DNA of 64,000 bases from contig CAVVJT010000007.1 of the NCBI GenBank assembly GCA_963748625.1, positions 768,001 through 832,000 on the forward strand, written 5' to 3'. How positions within the stretch are numbered: position 1 is the stretch's first letter; every line of letters begins with the position of its first letter. This document shows, one piece after another, positions 1 through 10,558 of the stretch. This DNA is from an uncultured Chloroflexia bacterium. GTDB taxonomy: Bacteria > Chloroflexota > Limnocylindria > Limnocylindrales > CSP1-4. The position numbers were made by a program, and so were the translations under genes. The notes under the pieces are model-generated. The model made no database searches, was not told where the DNA came from, and was given only the letters and a program-made list of their open reading frames with translations.

Positions 1-75
1 CGGTGCGTCTTAGGGCCGAGGGGGACGACCACCCTGTCGTACCTGCGCCCTCCCTCCTGCTGAGGACGACGTCGC

Positions 76-1182
76 ATGAGGATTGCGGATCACCAACACC
101 TGCGCCTGAGCGCCGTGGGCCTGACCATCATCCTGCTCGCTGCGTGCGCCCCGGTCGCGATGAGCGGCATGGTCACCGGCGACCTGACCTCCGCTTCGAG
201 ACCGCCGGCGGCCTCGAAGAACACCCCACTGCCGGTCACGACGCCGGCCACGACACGCGCTCCGGCAACGGCGACGGCGACGACGGCGGCAACCGCAACG
301 ACGACCGCAGCCGAGTGCCCGGGCCCGGGCATCGCCATCTCGCTTGCCGACGTAGGCGCGCTGGACCCGGCCTGCATCGGCGTCGAGGTCCGCGTCGCAG
401 GATGGTGGGACCGGGTGCACGCCCTCGACGGCGACGCGGCAACACTCTTCCCCTCGGTCCTGCGTGACCGCCTGCCGGGGACCCGTGCGTCGCATCGCGA
501 CGGAGCGTGGGCGCCCCTGCAGGTCGAGGAGGCCAGCGAGACCCTCGACATCGACCGGCTCCTCGGCGAGTGGATCACCGCACGCGTCCGGGTCGAGCAG
601 GACCAGCTCTGCCGCTGGGTCTTCGCGCCTGGAGGCGAGTGGGAGCCCGGACCGCCGACCTGGACCTGCCCACGCCACCTCCAGGTGCTATCGATCCAGG
701 TGGCCAAACCACCGGCCGTCCAGCTCGCAGCCTGCCCCGATACCGATCGGCCGATCCGGGTCGAGCAATTCGTCCAGACGCCCCGCGTGTGCTTCGGCAC
801 CCGGCGCGTCCAGCTGCGTGGCTGGTTCGACACGGCGTACGTCGTCAGCGGCTGGATTGACCCGTGGACACCTGTGCCCGCGTGGCTGTGGTCGCAACCG
901 ATGGGGCGCGTACCGATGCTGTCCCAGACGAGCGACCCGTCAGGCCCGGGCGCACTGCACCTCCGGATCAGGCCGGGATCGGCCGTCGAGCATGCCACCC
1001 GCAACCGCTGGGTCATCGCGACCGGCCACTACGCACGCCTGTCCGATACCTCGACGTGCCGGGCGCGCTCGCTCATCGAGGGCACGGCACGTCCGCCGGG
1101 CGCGCCAACTCGGGCTCAGGCGCAGGCTGCCTGCGCACGGGAGTTCGTCCTGGTCTCGGTGCGCGCGGGCGCTCCGGGCTGA
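76..1182 (+). CDS. Hypothetical lipoprotein with Thr/Ala-rich linker and two similar Cys-containing domains
   Basis: Hydrophobic N-terminus with lipobox-like LAAC, T/A-rich linker, repeated C.G...V.(V/L).GW.D segments; GC-biased codon usage. Confidence 0.7.
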   Translation: MRIADHQHLRLSAVGLTIILLAACAPVAMSGMVTGDLTSASRPPAASKNTPLPVTTPATTRAPATATATTAATATTTAAECPGPGIAISLADVGALDPACIGVEVRVAGWWDRVHALDGDAATLFPSVLRDRLPGTRASHRDGAWAPLQVEEASETLDIDRLLGEWITARVRVEQDQLCRWVFAPGGEWEPGPPTWTCPRHLQVLSIQVAKPPAVQLAACPDTDRPIRVEQFVQTPRVCFGTRRVQLRGWFDTAYVVSGWIDPWTPVPAWLWSQPMGRVPMLSQTSDPSGPGALHLRIRPGSAVEHATRNRWVIATGHYARLSDTSTCRARSLIEGTARPPGAPTRAQAQAACAREFVLVSVRAGAPG

Positions 1183-1232
1183 CCCAGGCGGTCCATGGCC
1201 CGGGCCGACCGAGACCGGGCCGGAGAATCGAA

Positions 1233-1261
1233 ACGGGGCCGGGCGAAATGCCCGGCCCCGT
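1233..1261. terminator. Hairpin, probable intrinsic terminator between convergent genes
   Basis: acggggccgggc-gaaat-gcccggccccgt perfect 12-bp stem, flanked by aaa and ggttt. Confidence 0.7.
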
Positions 1262-1287
1262 CTGGTTTGCGAAGAACCAGTTGCGGG

Positions 1288-2967
1288 TCAGGGGACCTGC
1301 GTGACCCTGGTGAGAGCGCCGGGCGCGACCGGCGAGTAGGCCTTGAAGTAGGCCTCGAACGCGTCGGTGTCCACGGCGCCGCCGAGGCGGTCCGTGCCCA
1401 GCTTGAACGCGGTGAAGTTGTCGCCGCCGTCCACGAGGAAGCTGTTGACCGTGACGCGGTAGCTCGCGGCCATGTCCAGCGGCGCGCCCTTGAGCATGAT
1501 CCCGCTGACCTTCGATCCGGCCGGGGCAGACAGGCTCCAGCTGTACGTGAAGCCGCGCGACGACGCCAGGATGCGGTTCTGGCCAGCGGCCGGGTTGTTG
1601 AACTGCTGCTCGAGGGCGAGCTTGATGTCCGCACCCTTCATCGTGATGGTGACCAGGTTGTTGCCGAACGGCTGGACCGCGAACATCTCGCCGTAGGTGA
1701 CGTTGCCGTCGCCCTCGCCCGCCGGGCTGCCCGCGTACGTGAGATCCGTCCGGATGCCGCCCGGGTTCATGAACGCGACGACCGCGCCGCCGAAGGCCGG
1801 GTCGGAGGTGGCGTCAAGCTGGCCATCGGCGATGACCTGGCCCAAGGCCGACTCGCCCGCCGCGTTCGTCGCGCGGGTGATGTTGGCCGTGACGGAGCCG
1901 ATGACGCGGTTGGCGATGGGCGCCGCGATCGCGTTGTACTTGGCGATCAGCGCGGTCTCGCCCGCGTCCTTGGCGACGTCGCGGGTGACGATCAGGTTCT
2001 CAGCGGCCGCCGAGACGACCTCGCCCGTGGCGCGGCTGATGGTGAGATCGACCTTGCTCACGATGCGCCCGAACGAGCTGCCCGAGGTGACCAGCATCCC
2101 GTTGATCTCGCAGTTGTAGGCGTTGTGCGTGTGGCCCGACAGGACCGCATCGACCTCGGGGTTGAAGCCGTTCACGATGTCCACGATCGCACCTGAGATC
2201 CCCACGCAACCGTTGTAGGGGGCCGGGGACACCTGCGCGCCGCCCTCGTGGATGAGGACCACGATGCTCTCGACGCCCTTCGCCTTGAGCTTGGGCACCA
2301 GCGCGTTGACGGTCGCGGCCTCGTCCTTGAACTCCAGGCCGGCCACGCCCGACGGGGTCACGATGGTCGGCGTGCCCTCGAGCACGATGCCGATGAACGC
2401 GACCTTGGCGCCACCGAAGGAGCGGATCTTGTAGGCCGGGAACAGGGTCTTGCCGTTGTCAGCGCGGACGACGTTCGCGGCCAGGAACTGGAAGTCAGCA
2501 CCTGCGAAGTCGTCGCCGTCCAGGCAGCCGTCCACCGGGTGGCAGCCGCCGTTCTGCATGCGCAGCAGCTCGGCCGCGCCCTCGTCGAACTCGTGGTTGC
2601 CCACGGCGTTGAAGTCAAGGCCGATCTGGTTCATCGCCTCGATCGACGGCTCATCGTGGAACAGTGCCGACAGGAGCGGACTGGCGCCGATGAGGTCGCC
2701 CGCCGACACGACGACGGTGTTCTTGTTCTGCGCCTCGAGCGCCTTGATGTGGGTGGCGAGGTACTCGACGCCGCCGGCGTTGACGGTGCCGATCCGGCCA
2801 CTGGACCCGGCCGGGGGCTCCAGGTTGCCGTGGAAGTCATTGATGCCGAGCAGCTGGACCTTGATGGGGTCGGGGGCCTTGCTCTGGGCCGTTGCGGCCG
2901 GCACGACGGCGACGGCGATGGCCGCGGCCGCAAGAATGGTGAGAACCCTGCTCCGGGTATTGCGCAC
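1288..2967 (-). CDS. Secreted bifunctional metallophosphatase/5'-nucleotidase
   Basis: NDFHG, AGD, GNHEFD, GHTH metallophosphoesterase motifs; NPGGIR and QPFGN C-terminal domain; signal peptide; GTG start at 2967 with AGGAGG RBS. Confidence 0.93.
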   Translation of the reverse strand: MRNTRSRVLTILAAAAIAVAVVPAATAQSKAPDPIKVQLLGINDFHGNLEPPAGSSGRIGTVNAGGVEYLATHIKALEAQNKNTVVVSAGDLIGASPLLSALFHDEPSIEAMNQIGLDFNAVGNHEFDEGAAELLRMQNGGCHPVDGCLDGDDFAGADFQFLAANVVRADNGKTLFPAYKIRSFGGAKVAFIGIVLEGTPTIVTPSGVAGLEFKDEAATVNALVPKLKAKGVESIVVLIHEGGAQVSPAPYNGCVGISGAIVDIVNGFNPEVDAVLSGHTHNAYNCEINGMLVTSGSSFGRIVSKVDLTISRATGEVVSAAAENLIVTRDVAKDAGETALIAKYNAIAAPIANRVIGSVTANITRATNAAGESALGQVIADGQLDATSDPAFGGAVVAFMNPGGIRTDLTYAGSPAGEGDGNVTYGEMFAVQPFGNNLVTITMKGADIKLALEQQFNNPAAGQNRILASSRGFTYSWSLSAPAGSKVSGIMLKGAPLDMAASYRVTVNSFLVDGGDNFTAFKLGTDRLGGAVDTDAFEAYFKAYSPVAPGALTRVTQVP

Positions 2968-3132
2968 GGGCGATGCTCCTCCTGTTCCGCACCCGACCCA
3001 GCCGGGGACTGGCGCGTCCTCCCGGACGAGCACTGACGGGCGGTGTGCGATTGGCGGATGCTACCTGCCAGAGACCATTGCAGCCATCGCCGCGGCGTCA
3101 ACGGGGCGTGAACGTCAGGCTCGGCCCGCAGG

Positions 3133-4037
3133 TCAGGACACGGGCAGCACGAGCAGCCAGCCGGGCTCCATCCCGAAGTCGTAGTCCGGGCGGTCGCGCA
3201 GCACGAACTGGCGCGCAAGGGCCTTGCGGGAGACCAGCTGGTTCGGCTCCGGGCTGGGGCCCCAGCGCGACCCGTGGGGATACAACGGGTCCATGACGCG
3301 CACGCGCGTGACGCGCGCTTCGTTGTCGCGTACCGGGTCACCGGTCGCCTCGTACCCGGTCATCACCCAGGCGTGGCGGCCGGCCCACATGACCAGGCCC
3401 ACGGGCCGTCCGGTCTCGGCCAGGGCCTTGGCCGCCCGGGTGAGGGCAGTGTCGAACGAGGGCAGGCTCACGAGCCGGTACGGACCGATGTCGAGGTCGT
3501 TGAGCGCCGCGGCCCAGCCGGCCGGATTGGCGCCCCCGTACGGGCTGCCGATGGTGCGGTCGCGGGCCATCTCCCAGTACCGGCGCTGGCTCGCGCGGGA
3601 CTCCTCGCGGTCGCCGGTGACGATCGAGCGGGTCATCTGGATGCTCGCGCCCACGCACCAGTCGAAGGTGTACTGCCGCACGAAGTCCGCGGGACGCGCG
3701 AGGCTGACGGCCGTGCGGTCGACGGGGCGCGGGGTCGGCGTCGGGGTCGGGGTTGCAGCCGGGGTCGGGGTCTCGCCCGGGGTCGGCGTCGGGGTCGGGG
3801 TTGCGGCGTCGGGGTCGGGGTCTCGCCCGGGGTCGGCGTCGGGGTCGGCGTCGGGGTTGCAGCCGGGGTGGCGCCCGGTGTGCGAGCCGGGGCCGGGGAC
3901 ACACGCGGCGAGGCCGCAACGGCGAGTGGGGTCGCGGCCACGGCGTCGGTCAGCACAGTGGAGGGCGGCTCCGGGGCAGGCGCACAGGCGCCCACGACAA
4001 GCGCGACCAGGAGGATCGCCGGGACGGGACGATGCAT
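3133..4037 (-). CDS. Lipoprotein with PT-repeat linker and papain-like/C39-like cysteine peptidase domain (frameshift in the repeat near 3805)
   Basis: Signal and lipobox (MHRPVPAILLVALVVGAC) in one frame; catalytic-like Q..WCVGAS, RHAW, MDP in another; frames switch inside the Pro-Thr tandem repeat. Confidence 0.65.
3729..3870 (-). repeat. Coding Pro-Thr tandem repeat (ggggtc/ggcgtc hexamers)
   Basis: Repeated ggggtcggcgtc units with a larger duplicated block containing tctcgcccgg. Confidence 0.85.
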
Positions 4038-4235
4038 GGTCCTCGGAGTATGGCGGGCACGGCGGGAACGCGCCGGGACAGGCCCATAGGCCGATCGCCG
4101 CGCACGTACTGGGAGGTTCGTCTCGTAGACGCGCGGTACCTCCTGGCCGAGGCTCATGGGGCACTCGGGGCACCTCCCGACGCACCGGAACTGCGACGTG
4201 GCCCACATGCCGCCCCCGGCCGCACCTCGTGATCG

Positions 4236-6341
4236 ATGCCCTCCTTCCGCCGTCCCCAGATCCTCATCGCGTTGCTGGCCGCTGCGGTGCTCCTGACCGC
4301 GGCAGCCCCGGACGCAAGCGCATGGCTCCCGTCGGCCCGCCGCTACCACGTCGGCCGGGCGATCACGCTCGACACCGACCTGCTGTCGCGAAGCGGGGTG
4401 TCGGCCTGGGCGATCGACGACTACCTCGAGGCTCGAACGTCACTGCCCAAGCTCGGCGTGGCCTTCATCGATGCCGAGCGCGAGTACGGCGTCAACGCGC
4501 GTTTCCTGCTTGCGGCCGCGATGCACGAGTCCGGCTGGGGCACGAGCAGCATCTCGCGCGGCAAGCGCAACCTGTTCGGCTACAACGCCTATGACCGCGA
4601 TCCCGGACGGTACGCGACGGCCTTCGCCTCGTACGCGGGCGGCATCAAGGCAGTCGCCCGCTTCATGAAGGAGTCCTACCTCACGCCTGGTGGGCGCTGG
4701 TATGGCGGCCAGCCGACCCTTCGGAGCATGCAGCAGTACTGGTCGTCGTCAGGGCGCTGGGGCGAGAGCGTCAGCCGCATCGCGAGCAGGATGCATCTCG
4801 GCTCCCTGCGCAGCCGGTCGATCAGGATGGGCGCACCCACGGTGAGCGGGTTCGTGCATCGAGGTGACAAGACCACCCTGGAGATCACCTGGAGGGGCGA
4901 CGCGATCCCTGCCGCCATCGGTTTCGAGGCGACATGGGTGCCTGTCACGCTGGATCAACTCCCCGACACCATCGCCGCGAGCGAGGCCGCAAGCTCACCT
5001 GACGCGGCCGCACCGGCCCCCAAGCCGGTCACGGTTGCCGCGCGAGAGGTTCGCTCCCGGGGCAACACGCTCACGCTCGCCGTGCAGGCACCGCGGGCCG
5101 CCGGCACGTACCGCCTCGCCGTCACGATGCTCGACACCGGCCGGCGGACCCTGCCTGTGACGGATCGCCCCGCGATCCCCGAGGTGGACGTGCACGTCTG
5201 GGCCGATCGTGCCGTGGCCTACGACCTGCAGCCCGACGCTGACGGCACCGGCGTCACCCTCCGCGTCACCAACACGGGCCGTGAGGCCATCCCGGCCCTG
5301 CCGACCTGGGGCGCCTCCGCCCCGGCCGACCCGGAAGTACAGGAGGTCCGCTCGCTGGTGACCCTCACGGCCACCTCCAGTGACCCCGCCCAGCCGGCGC
5401 CCGTGGTCCTGCTCGCCTCCCCGCTGACCGAGGACCTCGCCCCGGGAGCGTCCCTGCGCTTCGCCGTGCCCGACATCGACGGGGTCACCGGCCGCCGCGC
5501 GAACTGGCTGTCGGCGGACCTGCGTGTCACCGACGACCCCGCCTGGCTGGCCATGTACTCGCCGGTTGGCACCCGCCGGTCGGGGGACCGCCTGGGCACG
5601 CTGGCCCTCGAGACTGCAGGCGTGGCGGCCCCGCTCGCCGGGGAGGGCGGCCAGTGGGAGGCGCCGGTGCACACTCCCAAGCCGGTGACCGCGGCGGCCA
5701 TGCCCAGGCCGACCATCGCGCCGACGCCCGTTCCCCTCGCAACGGCCGCGCCCAGGCCCACGCCGTCGGCCACGCCCAGACCGACTCCGGCGGCCACGGC
5801 GGAACCCGCGGTCCCGCTCGATCCCGCGGCGCCGGTCACCTCCACGCGAACGCCCGGTCCGACAGAGGCGCCTGCGGCAACGCCCTGGCCCAAGGCAGCT
5901 GCTGCGCCCGCAGCGACGCCCAGGCCCACTCCGAAGCCCGAACGGCCTGCGGCCCCCAAGACCAGGCACGTGACCCGGGCCCTGTCCGAGGACGGTGCTG
6001 CCATCCGCTACCGCGGACGTTGGGGCGATGCCTCCGGCGGCGGCTACATGGGCGGCGGCGTCGCGTGGTCCACCACGCCCGGGGCCAGCGCGACCATCAG
6101 CTTCACGGGCACGTCGATCCAGTGGATCGGGCCCGTCGGGCCCACCCGCGGACGGGCGCTCGTCCTGGTGGACGGCAAGACCGTCGCCCGGGTGAGCATG
6201 TGGAGCACGACCTTCGATGCCCGCCGCCTGCTCTTCAAGAAGACCTTCAGGACCTCCGGACGCCACACGCTCACGATCAGGGTGCTCGCCTCGCCAGGAC
6301 ACCCGTACGTCGCCATCGACGGGTTCGTGGTCCGTACCTGA
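4236..6341 (+). CDS. Secreted glucosaminidase (GH73) domain cell-wall hydrolase with Pro/Thr linker and C-terminal beta-sandwich
   Basis: Signal peptide; YGVNARFLLAAAMHESGWGTS...NLFGYNAYD GH73 motif. Confidence 0.85.
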   Translation: MPSFRRPQILIALLAAAVLLTAAAPDASAWLPSARRYHVGRAITLDTDLLSRSGVSAWAIDDYLEARTSLPKLGVAFIDAEREYGVNARFLLAAAMHESGWGTSSISRGKRNLFGYNAYDRDPGRYATAFASYAGGIKAVARFMKESYLTPGGRWYGGQPTLRSMQQYWSSSGRWGESVSRIASRMHLGSLRSRSIRMGAPTVSGFVHRGDKTTLEITWRGDAIPAAIGFEATWVPVTLDQLPDTIAASEAASSPDAAAPAPKPVTVAAREVRSRGNTLTLAVQAPRAAGTYRLAVTMLDTGRRTLPVTDRPAIPEVDVHVWADRAVAYDLQPDADGTGVTLRVTNTGREAIPALPTWGASAPADPEVQEVRSLVTLTATSSDPAQPAPVVLLASPLTEDLAPGASLRFAVPDIDGVTGRRANWLSADLRVTDDPAWLAMYSPVGTRRSGDRLGTLALETAGVAAPLAGEGGQWEAPVHTPKPVTAAAMPRPTIAPTPVPLATAAPRPTPSATPRPTPAATAEPAVPLDPAAPVTSTRTPGPTEAPAATPWPKAAAAPAATPRPTPKPERPAAPKTRHVTRALSEDGAAIRYRGRWGDASGGGYMGGGVAWSTTPGASATISFTGTSIQWIGPVGPTRGRALVLVDGKTVARVSMWSTTFDARRLLFKKTFRTSGRHTLTIRVLASPGHPYVAIDGFVVRT

Positions 6342-6460
6342 CGGCGGGCCGGGAGGGCGGCGGGCGGATTCCATCCGCTGAGAGCCTGTCGCAGAACCCG
6401 TGCCGCAGCGGGGCTCCGGGTTCCGCGCCACCTATTCCCGCGGGCCCTGCTCTGCGGCCG

Positions 6461-6640
6461 GATTCCTATCCGCACAAGGATGGAATCGCCGAACAATCCG
6501 CTGAGGAATGGAATCGGGGCGGTCCGTGCAGGGCTCGGACCCTGGACCTAGGGTTCCGTACGCAACCTCCGCACGGACGGGGTGGATCTGATCCCCACGG
6601 GGATTGTTGGCCAATTCGATCCGTGCAGGGATGGATTCCC
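6461..6640. repeat. Intergenic degenerate palindromic repeat element, copy 1
   Basis: Shares gattcctatccg, cacaaggatgg, atccgtgcagggatgga and ggcggt.cgtgcagggctc with 20995-21126. Confidence 0.65.
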
Positions 6641-6664
6641 GGGCTCAGGAGGCAGGGGGTCGCG

Positions 6665-8104
6665 CTACCAGGAGACAGGGACCGGCCGACCCTCCTCGTA
6701 GCCCGCGGAGCTCTGGATGCCCACCGTCGCGCGCTCGTGGAACTCCGGGATGGTCGACGCGCCCGCGTACGTGCAGGACGAGCGGACGCCCGCGACCACC
6801 TGGTCGAGGATGTCCTCCACCCCCGGCCGCTCGGTGTCCAGGTACATCCGCGACGTGCTGATCCCCTCCTCGAAGAGCTCCTTGCGCGCCCGCTCGAACG
6901 GCGTCTCGGTCCGCGTCCGGTTGCGCACGGCACGGTTGGACGCCATCCCGAACGACTCCTTGTACAGGCGCCCATCCGGGTCGCGCAGCGTGTCGGCGGC
7001 GCTCTCATAGGTGCCCGCGAGCCACGACCCGAACATCACGGACGCCGCGCCCGCCGCCAGGCCGAGCGCCACGTCGCGCGGATAGCGGACGCCGCCGTCG
7101 GCCCAGACGTGCTTGCCCTGCGAGGCGGCCTCATCCGCGCACTCCATGACCGCGGTGAACTGCGGCCGGCCCACGCCGGTCATCATCCGCGTGGTGCACA
7201 TGGCGCCCGGCCCGATGCCCACCTTGATGATGTCGGCGCCGGCGTTGATGAGGTCTCGCGCGCCGTCCCTGGTGGCGACATTGCCGGCCACCAGCGGCAG
7301 GTCACCCACGACGCCGCGCACTGCCTCGATCGCGCGCAGCATCCGGCCCTGGTGGCCATGTGCGGTGTCCACCACAACCACGTCCACACCCATGCCGACC
7401 AGCGCCTTCGCGCGTTCGGCGGAGTTCGCGCTGATGCCCACGGCGACAGCGCTCATCAGCTCGCCGCGTGCGTTGAGGGCAGGCCGGTAGATCGTGGAGC
7501 GCAGCGCGCCGCGGCGAGTAACCACGCCCACGAGGCGCCCGTCGCCGTCCACCACCGGGGCCGCGCTGATGCGGTGCTCGTTGAGCAGGTTGAAGATCGC
7601 CTCCAGCCCGGCCGTCGCGTCCACCAGCACCAGGTCCCGCGTCATCACGTTCTGGAGCTGCGTGAACCGGTCGAAGCCGACCGCATCGCGCTCGGCGAAG
7701 ATGCCGATCGGCCGGTGCTCGTCATCCACCACCACCAGCACGCCGTGCGCCCGCTTGTGGATCAGGTTGATCGCGGCCCCGATGGTCTCCGTGGGGCCCA
7801 ACGTGATCGCCGTCTCGAAGACCGGGTGGCGCGACTTTTGGTAGCGCAGGTTCTCCCCGATCACATCGAGCGGGATGTCCTGCGGCAGGACCGTGAGGCC
7901 GCCGCGCCGGGCAACGGTCTCGGCCATGCGGCGGCCGGCGACGGCGGTCATGTTCGCGACCACCACCGGAATCGTCGTGCCGAGGCCGTCGGGCGTGGTC
8001 AGGTCCACGTCCAGCCTGGACGGCACGTCCGACAGGCTTGGGACCATGAACACGTCCGAGTACGTGAGGTCGTACTGGGGGACGACGTCATTGACGAAGC
8101 GCAT
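6665..8104 (-). CDS. guaB1: GuaB1-family IMP dehydrogenase-related protein (GMP reductase-like, CBS domains)
   Basis: [48 protein letters not shown] motifs. Confidence 0.92.
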   Translation of the reverse strand: MRFVNDVVPQYDLTYSDVFMVPSLSDVPSRLDVDLTTPDGLGTTIPVVVANMTAVAGRRMAETVARRGGLTVLPQDIPLDVIGENLRYQKSRHPVFETAITLGPTETIGAAINLIHKRAHGVLVVVDDEHRPIGIFAERDAVGFDRFTQLQNVMTRDLVLVDATAGLEAIFNLLNEHRISAAPVVDGDGRLVGVVTRRGALRSTIYRPALNARGELMSAVAVGISANSAERAKALVGMGVDVVVVDTAHGHQGRMLRAIEAVRGVVGDLPLVAGNVATRDGARDLINAGADIIKVGIGPGAMCTTRMMTGVGRPQFTAVMECADEAASQGKHVWADGGVRYPRDVALGLAAGAASVMFGSWLAGTYESAADTLRDPDGRLYKESFGMASNRAVRNRTRTETPFERARKELFEEGISTSRMYLDTERPGVEDILDQVVAGVRSSCTYAGASTIPEFHERATVGIQSSAGYEEGRPVPVSW

Positions 8105-8359
8105 GGCGCGGAAGGGCCTCCTGGGCAGCAGATCGGGCGCCGAAAGGATAGGCCGATCCGGGCCCGGCAGCCGGGCGGATCAGGCGTCCGCCAGGCGGTG
8201 GCGGGCGATGCTGTCTGGCGCTGCGCGCAGCTCGATGGCGGCGGCGATCTCGTCGAGCACCTGCTCGACGGGTTCGGTGCGCAGCTCGACCGCCACGAGC
8301 ATCCCTTGGTCACGCGGTACCTTGTGGGCTCGCAGATGGACCGAAGGGAACGATGACCT

Positions 8360-10528
8360 GTGACGACGACGACCGCAGCGCCTGCCGAAGACGAGCAGTC
8401 GCCGCCCGACACGCCTGAACCGAGCCAGGCGAGCCTCCGGCTCCGCCAGGCCGTGGCGCTCCTGCGCCGCCTGCCGTTCACGACAGTCGTCGTGCTGAGC
8501 ACCCTCGTCATCGGCGTGCTCACCGGCGGGCTGTGGTCCGCCATCGGCGAGCAGCCCTGGTTCGGAGACGTCGCCTTCGGCCTGCCGTCGCTTGAGATCG
8601 GCCGGTGGAGCACGATCGTCACGGGCGCGTTCCTGTACGAGTCGCCGCTCGTCTACGTGGTCGGCCTGGTGGCCTTTGCCGTTGGCGCGGGCTTCACCGA
8701 GTGGCGCTTGGGCTCGTTGCGGACGATCGCGGTCGTGGTGCTCGGGCACGTCGCCTCGGTCCTGCTGGCCGCCGTCCTGCTCGTGCTGGTCCGGGACATC
8801 GGCTGGGAGTGGGCACGTGTCGCGGCGTCGGAGCTCGATCTCGGGTTCTCGGCCGGGATGCTCGCCGGCGTGGCGGTCGCCACGGCGACCCTGCGCCCGC
8901 CCTGGCGCCTGCGCCTGCGCCTGCTGCTGCTTGCCTACGCCCTGTTCTCGATCGCACTGCTCGGGCAGCTCGCCGATCTCGAGCACCTGGTCGGCGTGCT
9001 CGTGGGCCTTGTGCTTGCGGTGCCGCTTGCAGGACCGCGGGGCATCCGCGTCGCGTCACGTCCGTCGAAGGGCGAGCTGCGCCTGGTCGCCACGGCCGGC
9101 CTCCTGATCCTGGCTGCTGCCCAACTCGCGGTGCATGTCGTGCCGGACCGCCCGACGCCCTTCGGCGACGCGGTCCACTACCCCTGGACACTCGGGACGC
9201 TTGCGGTCAACCTCGTGATCTGGCTGCTCATCGCGCGTGGGCTGCGGCGGGGGCGCATGTGGGCCTGGTGGATCGCGCTGCTCGTCGCCGTGGAGCCGAT
9301 CGTCGTTGCCGGCGTCATCCTGGGTCTGGCCTGGAGCCTGCCGCCGGGGCCCGGATCCATCGCGGAGATCGTGGGTATACCGCAGCCCGTCGCGAGTGCC
9401 GCCGCATCGGCTGCCTACCTCGTCGTCCTGCTGATCGCGCGGCGGGCGTACAAGCGGCCCGTGGGTGTCCCGTCACTCTCGGCGAGCATCGAGGACCACG
9501 ACACCGCGCGCCGTCTGCTCAAGACCTACGGCGGCTCGTCCATCTCGTGGATGACCACGTGGCCCCGGATCCGCCACATGGTCACCGCGGACGGTCAGTC
9601 CTTCATCGGCTTCCGCGAGCACGCGGGCGTGGCCATTGCGCTCGGCGATCCGGCAGGACCCGTGGGCTCCGCCGGCACGACTGTCGAGGACTTCGTCGAG
9701 CGCTGCGAGGCGTCCGACGTGATCCCGTTCCTCTTCTCGTGCACCGGCGAGATCGCCTCCATCGCGCGTGTCATGGGCTGGAAGACCGTCCAGATCGCCG
9801 AGGAGAATCTCATCGACCTGTCCGACCTCGCGTTTACGGGCAAGTCGTGGCAGAACGTGCGCACGGCACTCAACAAGGCGCCCAAGGAGGGCATCTCGTT
9901 CGTGCTGGGGGCGCTGGCGGACCAGCCGCCCGAGATCCTCGATCAAGTGAACCGCGTCTCCGAGGAGTGGCTGGGCGAGAAGGCCTTGCCCGAGATGGGC
10001 TTCACGCTGGGCGGCGTACCAGAGGCGATGGACCCCGACGTCCGCTGCGGCCTCGCCATCGGGGCGGACGGCCGCCTGCACGGCGTCATCTCCTGGCTGC
10101 CCGCCTACCGGGCTGACGGCACGGTCGCCGGCTGGACGCTGGACGTGATGCGCCGGATCGAATTCGAGGGCAGCTTCCGGCCCACCATGGAGTTCCTGAT
10201 CGCGTCGTCCGCGCTCGCGTTCAAGGAGCAGGGTGCCGACTACATCTCGCTCTCGGGCGCGCCGCTCGCGCGGTCCGGGCCGGCAGCTGCCGAGGGGTCG
10301 ATGGAGCAGCTGCTCGATATGATCAGCGAGCTGATGGAGCCGCTCTACGGGTTCCGCTCGCTGCACCAGTTCAAGGCCAAGTTCCAGCCGCGCCTCGAGC
10401 CGATGTGGATGGCCTACCGCGACGAGGCGGATCTGCCGCGCATCGGCATCGCGATCACCCGGGCGTTCATCCCGGACGCGGGCGTCAAGGACTACGTCGC
10501 GATGGGGCTCAGCAGCGTCAAGCACTGA
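8360..10528 (+). CDS. MprF-like aminoacyl-phosphatidylglycerol synthase (DUF2156 C-terminal domain) with multi-TM, rhomboid-like N-terminus
   Basis: About 11 TM segments, then ALGDP, GKSWQNVRTALNK, EMGFTLG, WTLDVMRR, YGFRSLHQFKAKFQP. Confidence 0.85.
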   Translation: MTTTTAAPAEDEQSPPDTPEPSQASLRLRQAVALLRRLPFTTVVVLSTLVIGVLTGGLWSAIGEQPWFGDVAFGLPSLEIGRWSTIVTGAFLYESPLVYVVGLVAFAVGAGFTEWRLGSLRTIAVVVLGHVASVLLAAVLLVLVRDIGWEWARVAASELDLGFSAGMLAGVAVATATLRPPWRLRLRLLLLAYALFSIALLGQLADLEHLVGVLVGLVLAVPLAGPRGIRVASRPSKGELRLVATAGLLILAAAQLAVHVVPDRPTPFGDAVHYPWTLGTLAVNLVIWLLIARGLRRGRMWAWWIALLVAVEPIVVAGVILGLAWSLPPGPGSIAEIVGIPQPVASAAASAAYLVVLLIARRAYKRPVGVPSLSASIEDHDTARRLLKTYGGSSISWMTTWPRIRHMVTADGQSFIGFREHAGVAIALGDPAGPVGSAGTTVEDFVERCEASDVIPFLFSCTGEIASIARVMGWKTVQIAEENLIDLSDLAFTGKSWQNVRTALNKAPKEGISFVLGALADQPPEILDQVNRVSEEWLGEKALPEMGFTLGGVPEAMDPDVRCGLAIGADGRLHGVISWLPAYRADGTVAGWTLDVMRRIEFEGSFRPTMEFLIASSALAFKEQGADYISLSGAPLARSGPAAAEGSMEQLLDMISELMEPLYGFRSLHQFKAKFQPRLEPMWMAYRDEADLPRIGIAITRAFIPDAGVKDYVAMGLSSVKH

Positions 10529-10558
10529 ACCCCCTCCGGAGCGGCCTACACTGCCGCG

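Noticed and set aside
4040-4235. c-di-AMP (ydaO) or other riboswitch upstream of the cell-wall hydrolase
   Set aside because: A possible gggagg/cctccc pairing exists, but I could not match the consensus motifs; an Infernal/Rfam search would be needed.
5654-8356. Very long alternative-frame and antisense ORFs (for example 5654-8356, 11985-14096, 26588-29017, 29253-31313)
   Set aside because: These are shadow ORFs expected from stop-codon scarcity at high GC; they are Arg/Pro/Gly-rich, lack motifs, and overlap well-supported genes.
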